Shown here: in pieces, positions 55,001-64,000 of the stretch
Layout: every line of letters starts with the position of its first letter
How positions within the stretch are numbered: the stretch's first letter is position 1
Assembly: GCA_004022145.1 (NCBI GenBank)
Contig: RCNU01000016.1
Source: Paecilomyces variotii
Lineage: Eukaryota
Length of the DNA stretch: 64,000 bases
Reading direction: 5' to 3' (one strand)
Program-made: the position numbers and the translations under genes
The notes under the pieces: model-generated
Seen by the model: the letters and a program-made list of their open reading frames with translations, nothing else
Told to the model about the DNA's origin: nothing
The model's database searches: none

Positions 55001-58000
55001 TAGGCGGATAAGAATATAATTAAGACCTTTATAGGCTTAATATTATTTAGAGTAATTATAGGATATAATACTATACTACTAATTAAACTAGAAATACCTA
55101 CTTAGAAGATTTTAGTATAAGATAAAGTTAAGACTATAGAAGATCTTTTACTCCTTTATATATAATAAATAGAGTTCTAAGATTAGGATATAGAAGAGGC
55201 TTAACTTTATATTTAATATATAAGGGAAGCTAGTAAAGAAGTTTTTAATAATAAGAAATAGCTCTGCGAAGAATAACTAATAAAAAAATAGCTTATTCTG
55301 CTTTATAATATAAAGCTTAAGATATCTTACTCTATAAAACTAGTATATTACTAGCTTAGATTATATAGGATTAAAGAAGTCCTTAAGAAAGAATCTTATA
55401 AGCTTAAGGAGTTAGATAATATATCTTTTAAGGACCCGATTTATAGGAATTATTTAAAAGGCTACTATTTATAAAAGGACTAAAATAAAATATTAATTAT
55501 AAGAGATAATATAATATTTAAGTAAGAAAATTAGTAACTAAGTAATAATAATAATAATGCGGATTAAATACTACTTAGATTAAAATATATAATTATAGTT
55601 TTAGTATCCTTCTTCTAAAAATATTAGCTTAAAAAAAGAAAAGCAGAAAGCTAGTAGTAAAGCAAAATAAGAAGCTAATTTAAAAGGAGAAAAAATAGAA
55701 GAATAATAGTAAAATAAGTACTAATACTATAATAAGAAAAAAAGGAGAATAAACTTAAGATAAGGGCGTCTTTTTTAGAGAAGGGGAAGGATTTAAAGAT
55801 GCCTAATAATAATTAAGAAAGAAAAAAAAGAGAGATAACTAAAAAACATATAATATTAGTTTAAATATCTTAAAAAAGTCTATAAATAAAGCTAAAAATA
55901 AAAAATATCAGATAAAGAATATAAGTAATAAATAAAGAATCTTTACCTTATTATAAAAACCTTACTTTTTATATTATATAATACTATAGCAGAAGTAACT
56001 AGAGACTAAATTAAGCTAAACTTAACCCTATCTTACCTTTTAAGCATATCTTTTTATTTAGAAACTATTTTAAAAAGTTATTCTATAAAGATATATATTA
56101 AAAATAAAAAAAAATACACTAGAAATATAAAATATTGTCTATTAAGATAAAGCTCTTTAACTTAGAATATATATATATATTATAATTAGCGAAATTTATA
56201 AGCTTATAAAGGAGATAATAAATAAGGCTAATAATAAAGAAAAGAAAGTTTAGTTTATAAGCAATATAGCAGCAATTATTTTAAATTTTTAAAGCAAATA
56301 TAATAAAGCAGCTAGTAATTTTTATAATTTCTTAAATTAATAGGAGCTATTAAAAGAAATAAGAAAAAAAGAAGTATTAGCTATTAATAAGCTAAAAGAA
56401 TTAAAAATATAAATAAAAAAGAACTATAAATATACTAATAAAGGTTATTATAAAGCTATAAAAAAATAAGGCTAAAAAACTATAAACTAAGTCTTATTAA
56501 TTATTAGAAAGTTATATTAGACCTTAGTAGCTATAAGAGAATTAGCTTTTAATACTAGAGATTAAAGAATAGCAGCTATATATCTAATAAGAATATAGGT
56601 TAATAGACTTTATAATATTAGGAGATAAGGAATATTAATTAAAAAGAGCCTTTAACTAATTAATATTAGAAAGATAAAAGATATTTTAAGAAAAGCCCTT
56701 AGCAAAAAAGGATTAATTCCTTAAAAACCTATTAATAAAGAGCTGTAAGAGGTTAAAATAAGAATAAGGGAAAATAATCTTCTAGAGGAGATTATAGGAG
56801 AAGAAAAAAGATATTAAATAAAAGATTTAGGTAAGAGCTTATTAATAGATCTAATATTAAATAAAGGAGAGAAAAGTATAGAAGAGGAGGAAAAAGAAAA
56901 GAAGAGAATTAAGAGTCTTAAAAAGCTAAAAGGGGAAAAGAAGCTTAAGACTTAAGATAAAAAGAAATAGCTAGAAAAAAAATATAAATATAAGGTTAGT
57001 ATATCTATATTAATAGAAAAGGCTATTACTAATCTAGAAAATAAAAAAATACTAGAACTTTTAAAAAAAGAAAGAATTAAACCCGCTGCTATATGCTAAG
57101 TTTATATTAAAAAAATATAAAATATAATAGGATTAAGGAGTGCAGAAGATAATATCTTTAAAAAAAAGTTAAAAATACTTATAGATAGTAATAATAACCT
57201 TAAATCCTAGAATATTAATATAAACTACTAGAAATAGTTTTAATAGGGATAGAGACTTAATATTAACCTTAAAGATTATTACTGCTTAGATAAGGGGGAA
57301 ACTAAAGTATAATCCTAGCTAAGTAAACTAAATATAAGTACTAAGGAGGTCAAAGAAATCTTATAGTAGGTTAATTCTAGGAAGATTAACTTAATCTACA
57401 AGCCTTATATATAATTATTAGCTAATATAATTAGTATAAGGGAGAATATATCTATAAAAAAAGCTAGAGAAGTATTAAAAATAGTTAGAAATATAAAGCT
57501 GGCAGTAATAAAGCAATAGAAGAAGAGATTATTTAAAGCAATAATCTATCTTTATAGAAGTTTGCTTAAAGAAATTAAACAGTTTATAAATAAAACTTTT
57601 AAAGGTAAATAAGTAATAAAACCTCTTAGTAAAGCCTTAGGAATTAGTATAAAGACCTTCTTTTCTGCAGTAAACCTAGAAGACCTCTTTATTAAAAAAG
57701 AAACTAGGCACCCGAAAGATATATAAAATGCTAGAATTATATAGTTTAAAGATAATATAAAGGCTAAGCAGATACTAGATACACTTAGTAATAGCTAAAT
57801 TAAAGGAAGAATAAAAAGTCCTATTCTAAGAAGTCTTAAAAGTATAGAAAATAGAGATAATATAAAAGTTAAAGAATTATTATCTAAAGACCTTCTCCCT
57901 AAAAAATCCCTAGCATTAGAAATAGTTTAACTGTTTAGAGATCTTAGATTAATTAATATAAATACTTCCAATAATATATCTAGCAGCTTATACTATAAAG

Positions 58001-59315
58001 CCTAAGATAACCTATATAGGGCTAAAGAGTATCTTAAATCTAAGTATAGGGACAGAAAATATTTTAATCTAAGTAAAGAAGACTTTATCCTAAATAAGAT
58101 ATAGGATTAATATATTTAGTTAGATATTATAATAAGGGAGAACTTTAACTATTAAGAAGTAAATAGGGTTTTCTAAATTATACTCTTTAAAGGAAAACTA
58201 GTAGAAGAGATATTATAATATACTACTATAGAAGCAAAAACAGCTCTTTATTATAAAAAGGAGGGTAAAGGATTAATAGGGCTTAAGAACTTATCTAGAA
58301 GTATTCTCTAAAAGGTTATTATATAAGATATCTAGATCTATTTAATCTAGTTAGCGCTATATAATTACAATAAATATAGGCTGCAGGTCTAGTATCTTAG
58401 GGGATATAAGCTAAGAGTATTAAATATAGAGACTACTATCCTTAAGGGAGAAATAGGCTAGAGTTTTATAACCCTAGGGATTAGACTAATTGCTAGAAAT
58501 AAGTCTAAAAAAATTATAGGCCTAAGAGATATTATACTTAAGCGGGGAGAAATAATCTTTATTAGTAATCTATATTAGCTAATACTAGAGAATTAGGGAA
58601 TAAATCTTAATAATATCTGCTGTTTTAATTATAAGAAGCGAGATAAGATAAGATCTAACTAAGGAGGATCCGGGCCTTTTAATATCTAGGTAAATAGAGT
58701 TATAGCTATAGATAGAGTAATATTCAGTTAGCTAAACTAAGATTGCTTAAAAATTAAAGTAGAGCTATACTTTATACTAAAGCAAGATATATTATTAGTT
58801 TAAGATTATCTATAAAGGAAAGGAACTCAGCTTTATAAGTTAGAGGTTTTAAGGTATATATAATACTAGAAACTGGAGCGTTCTTATTTTAGGAATAATT
58901 TATAGTATTAGAAGGAAGAGATAGTATAAACTGCAATAACTAAGAAAGGCAGATAGGGGCATTTACTCTTAGAGGAGGGGAGGCTATATAATAGGAAGAA
59001 TTAGTATAAAGAATATAATTAGTTAAGAGATTATATATTTTTATTTAAAGTCTTTAAAAGGTCTATAAGCAAAGTAGGAGAAAAGGAGGAGAATACTCTT
59101 TTAGTTATTTAGAATAAAATAATCAGCCTTTCCTTTCTATTATTATTTGGTATTAGTTCAGCATTAGATTATTATTAGTTTACTATATTAGTTTACAGCT
59201 AGAGCTTCTCCTCTAGCTCTACTCTAAGCTCTAAAGCCGAATACTCTTCTCTTTCTTCTTGATACCTACTCGCTTAAAGACTCTATACTAAGTCTTAACA
59301 CATCTTCCCACAACA
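49075..59315 (+). mobile_element. Family A copy 3 (full length)
   Basis: 329 bp LTRs 49075-49403 and 58987-59315 (ends CCCACAACA), TSD ATAG at 49071-49074 and 59316-59319. Confidence 0.95.
56104..58929 (+). pseudogene. Extra ORF3 of A3
   Basis: 2826 nt between inferred start and stop, both in the same frame; homologous to 7434-10258 and 31132-34460. Confidence 0.7.
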
Positions 59316-62300
59316 ATAGTAGTCTTTATTCTCTTTAGTAATATCTATATCTTATAGTATATTTAGCGGCTTATTTAGCTAGAAAGAATTAGTCTAAATT
59401 CTAACTTAAGTTAAATAAAGGCTTATACTCTATTTTAAGTTTTATTAGCCCTAGTAGAGGTCTTTATAAATCTTATTAAGAAGTATATTAATAAAATACG
59501 CGGCTATATTAAGGTCCTCTATAGTAAGAAATAGAGTTAACTAGAGTTTATAGGCCTATTAGAATATCTTTAAATAATTAAATATAGGAGATAAGTAATG
59601 CTATTCTAGTTAATACTAGAATATTATATACTTAAGTATAGCTTTTAATAGATTAATTGCTTTATTCTATAATTTAATCTATAAGTTCTTATAACTAGTT
59701 AATATTATATCTCTAGTATTTAACTTAAGTTAAATCTTACTAAGAAGAGAACTTAAGGTTCTTATTCTTATATAAGTTCTTCTATATTATTATATAATCC
59801 TTATTATTTAATATAATAAGAAATCCTAATCTCCTTATAGAGTTCTTAAGGGAGAAAATCTCTACTATTAACTATAATAAAGATAGTTTAAAAAACTACT
59901 TTTTATCTAGAGCAGAATATAGCTTATTCCTCTTATAGTTAGACCTAGACAGAAAGAATAATATTCTTAGTATATTATTACTAGCTTAGTAATAATAATT
60001 AATAATAAATTGCTAATTATTTATTAAGATATAAGTATTAAACTTCTCTATAAAGATCTTTATAGCTTATTTCTTAAACCTTCTAAACTTAGCTTTTTAA
60101 ATCTAACTTAGATTAAAATAATTAAGAACTATTAAGTAATTTTCTTAACTTATATAGTCTAGTTTTAAATTAATTATAAGCTTATTAAAAGTAAAGTTAT
60201 AGTATACTCTTCTATATAAAGTATAAATATAGTTTAAGATTTACTATATTTATAAGTCCTTTTATAAAAAAGCTTAAGCATATATTATATATTTTAGTAA
60301 AACACTAATAACTAGCTAAGCCTATTTTCTGAAATTATTTATATTTTTAAGTAACTCTCTCTATTATATTTAATCTTTTTACTTAAAGGCCTAAATTAAA
60401 GCTAGTATATATTCTCTATTTATATTAGGTCTCTTTATCTTTTTATAGTTTAAATATAATATAGTTAATAGTTCTATATTTATCTTCCCTTTATTATAGA
60501 TATTAACCGCTTATAACTAGGCCTATTAATCTATAGTTAGCTAAATTTTAACTTAAATTAAAATAAAGATATATATTAAGACTTAGCTTTTAAATAGTTC
60601 TACCTTTAGGGGTCTTAATATAGATAATAGCTACTTAAGTCTGCTTAAGTAAAAGCTTTAATAAAATAGCTTAATAGTATTACTCTGCTTAAAAAATAAG
60701 TTTCTAAATAAAATCTAACTATTTATTAAGATAAATAAATATATCTTTCTCTATTCTATTTTTAGAGCATATAATATTAAGAGTCTTTTTATATATCTCT
60801 ATAGTATTAGTATTATCTATATTATTATTTTTAATAAAGATCTTAATAACCTGTTTAAAATTACTATATTTTATTATTACTTTTATCTAAGTATTAATAT
60901 CTTATTATTAAATAGCTACTTAAAATTCTTATTTTAAGTTCTTTATATAATCTTTATTAAGATTATAATTTTTTTTCTTATCTTTTTATTTACTGTTTAA
61001 ATCTTATATATTAATATATAGAGTTTTAAGAAATACCTCTTTAAGTTTTAATTAAACTATATTCTCTTAAAAAAGAGAAAAAATTAATAAAGCTATCTCT
61101 ATTAAACTTTACTTAATTAATTTTTTTTTAATAATATTATAGGAGTAATAGACTTAGGTAATAAACTAGTTTTAAGCAGTATTTTAGTTTTAACTTAGGT
61201 TAAAATATATAGTCTAGTAAGTTAAGATTATTAAGAAACTTTATACTAGAACTATTTAGCTAAAGTTTATTTATAAGTAAACTAGGGTTTTTAAAGGGCA
61301 ATAAAACAGATTAAGAGTTTTAATATTTAGTAAAATAGTCTAGAGATTCTTATTTCTATAAATCTTATAGTAGGGTAGTTAAATCTATAGTATTTTAACT
61401 TAAGTTAAAATATAGACTATTAAAGTAAGAATTAAGAGTTTATTATATTAGAAGTCTTAGAAGAATTTAAATTAAGGTAATAATATTAATAAGATATTAT
61501 TTTATTCTTATAGGATTTCCTTATTTATATATAAAAAGCTAATTTTAACTAAGTTAGAATTAATAAGAAAAATATAAAAAATATATTTAGAGAAAGAAAT
61601 AAATATAATAGGAAAAAAATAAAGTTAGTTTATATAGTCTATAACTTATATTAGTCCTAATTAAAAAGTTAATATTCTAACTTAAATTAAATTATACTAA
61701 CTATTTATCTTTTAATTAATAGTAAGACTTATTATATAAAAAAAATTATTACTCTCCTGCTTTTTAGCGGAATATATTTCTTAAGATAATAGACTTTCTT
61801 TCTATAGCTCTTAAAGATCTTAGCAAAAACTTTTAATATATTCTAACTTAAGTTAGAATATAAAATTTAAATTCTTTTCTTAGATTTCTTATATAGAGGA
61901 CTTTTAATAAAAATTATTACTTCTTTCTTATTATTTTATAGAAAATAATTATTCTTCTTCTAAAATTATTCTATTTAACTTAAAAATATTAGAAAATTAG
62001 ATTAATCTTAGATTGCTAGCTTCTTAATAGCCTATAATATAGATTTAGATTTAATTATTCTTAAAGAGTTATTTATTAATCTTAAGGCTATTATATTTAA
62101 AATTACTATATTTCTCGCCTAATTTATTAAGTTTAATAGCTTTAATAAGATTAATAATAATCCTTATATTTACTCTTACTTTCTTTCTTTTCTTAATACT
62201 ATTTAAAAGGTAAATTAGTAAACTTTATTGCCTAATATTAATATGCGAGATATATATTTCTATTTATAGGCTATTTAAAAAAATTATTAAAAAGTCTAGC

Positions 62301-63372
62301 TTACTATATTTAGTATACTTATAAAGATATAAATAGCCGATTTAATCTAGGACTAATAAATCTAATATATCTAAGGAATTACCTTAATTACTTCTTTAAA
62401 GTATTATAGTAAAGGAAAGTATTTTTTAATTTAGAATTGCGATCTGCGAGACCTTAGCTAAAAATAACTATATTAATTTCTTCTTCTAGCATAGAACTAT
62501 TTCTTAAAGTTAGTAAGAAAAAAGACCTTAATTTTATCTTTATAGTACTATATTAATAAAGTTAAATTAGGGTAAAATAAGTGTCTCTAATATATTATAA
62601 AATGGTTAAGTCTAATAGCTTAAATAGAGGATTATCTATTATAAGAGAATAATATTTAACTTAAAAACTATATTTAAATAAAAAAGAAATAGTTAAGAGT
62701 ATAATATAATCTTAATAGTTTTAACTTAAGTTAGATTTTTAATAAGTTATATAAATATATAAGATTTTCTTTAGAAGTTATAATTTATTAATTATATATA
62801 GATTTTTTATTAACTTATTAAGAGAATAATTTAGAAAATACTTTTTATTTAAAATAATAATAGTAATTAAATATATATTCTTTAGTTTAATAACTTAAGC
62901 TTTTAAGAAAAATTATATATTATATATAATAATACTATATTAGCACTATAGTTTATAAATATATATATTTCTATAGCTATAACTCTATATATATATATTT
63001 AATAATATCTTAAAAGACTTTCTTTATAGTTTTATTTTTAAATTAATATAATAATATTATATTTAAACTATTTTTTAGCTATAGATTTAAAGGTCTATAA
63101 CTAATAATAATATAAAATAATATAAAATTAAAGCTTTAATATCTATAATACTGCGAACTATATAAACTATTTAAACTAAATTATTTAAGTTAATCTAACT
63201 TAAGTTAGTTTAGCGTATAATCTTAGCAAATATTTTAGTTTTTTTAGTTTTAAACTAAACTACCAGAATATAGTTTAGTTTAAGTATAGTTTTTTTATCT
63301 TAAACTGAAAACTACTATAAATAGTTTAACTCCCTCTTTAAACTAAACTAAACCGCCTATATAATTACTTTA

Positions 63373-64000
63373 TTAAATATTTAAGATACTTTTAAAAGAG
63401 TCTTATTAATATTATTAAAATTATTAAGAATATCTATAAACTTAATAATAAATTACTTTATTATAATAATAATAATAGCAGCGCTTTAGCGCTTATATAA
63501 TATTAAAAAAAAGAAGCTTAATTTTAATTAGCTAGGGGATTTTATAAGTAATAATCTGTAAAATCTTAGTAAATTAAAAGTTTTACTAGTTTTAAATAAA
63601 ATAGATAAGATTAATAATATTCTCTAAGGTATAATAATACTATAAGATATAATTATACTTATATAAGGTAATAAGAAGCTATTACTGCTTTTAACTTAGG
63701 GCTTATATATTAAAGATATTAATAATTATAATAAGTATACTAAAGATAAAATTATTATAGGTAATTCTAGAGATAAAGAAATTTTTTATAATAAAAATTA
63801 TAGTTTAATAAAGATAAGTAGGCTAAAAAGATTATATTTTATTTATAAGTTTTAAAGCTTTATTTATAAGATTAAATAAAGATCTTAAAAAGAGAGAAGG
63901 TTATTAATATTAGCCGGCTATAAAATTTTCTTAAAACTTTTCTCTTTACTAAAATATAAGAGCCTATTAATTATAGCCCTATTTAATATATAAATAATAT
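63373..64000 (-). mobile_element. Family C copy 2 fragment (ORF3 region), runs off the window
   Basis: Colinear with about 20973-21600 of C1; abuts the hAT-type terminus at 63372. Confidence 0.88.

Larger units (their letters stand above)
47860..63372 (-). mobile_element. Large DNA element with a hAT-type terminus at 63372 (interrupted by A3; other end not found)
   Basis: 63372 down to about 63194 is a RIPed reverse-complement match to the MITE left arm 31901-32070, including the TIR. Segments 47860-49070 and 59320-63372 share 16 copies of one palindrome. No transposase motif recognised. Confidence 0.65.

Noticed and set aside
404-59315. Segmental duplication or assembly artefact producing three A copies
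   Set aside because: Each copy has different flanks, its own TSD pair, independent RIP changes and copy-specific LTR lengths (328 versus 329 bp).
1-64000. AT-rich bacterial, organellar or alternative-genetic-code genome
   Set aside because: Copies differ almost only by C>T/G>A and stops fall at ancestral Gln/Trp/Arg codons, which RIP explains. No rRNA, tRNA or housekeeping genes.

Overview
An AT-rich fungal (most likely Pezizomycotina) transposon graveyard with no intact host gene. Nearly all CpA/TpG have become TpA, the signature of repeat-induced point mutation (RIP), so proteins were read by manually reversing C>T/G>A changes. Contents: (1) three full-length copies of a ~10.2 kb Ty3/Gypsy element, family A (404-10644, 24104-34845, 49075-59315); (2) a related ~10.2 kb minus-strand Gypsy, family C (18929-47682), holding A2 and element D, plus a second C fragment at the right edge; (3) a younger, less mutated 7.8 kb chromovirus D (37331-45145); (4) another Gypsy, E (13334-~18924), without a recognisable 3' LTR; (5) a 495 bp hAT-type MITE inside A2; (6) a larger element with the same hAT-type end that carries 16 dispersed copies of a 16 bp palindrome. 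Main result: families C, A and D each carry a long extra ORF downstream of pol. In C it reconstructs to a PhyH-like 2-oxoglutarate/Fe(II) dioxygenase with HxD...H...R. In A it is a shortened homologue without HxD. In D it is an unrelated 466 aa protein with an Arg/Lys-rich stretch, preceded by an array of variable-loop hairpins.
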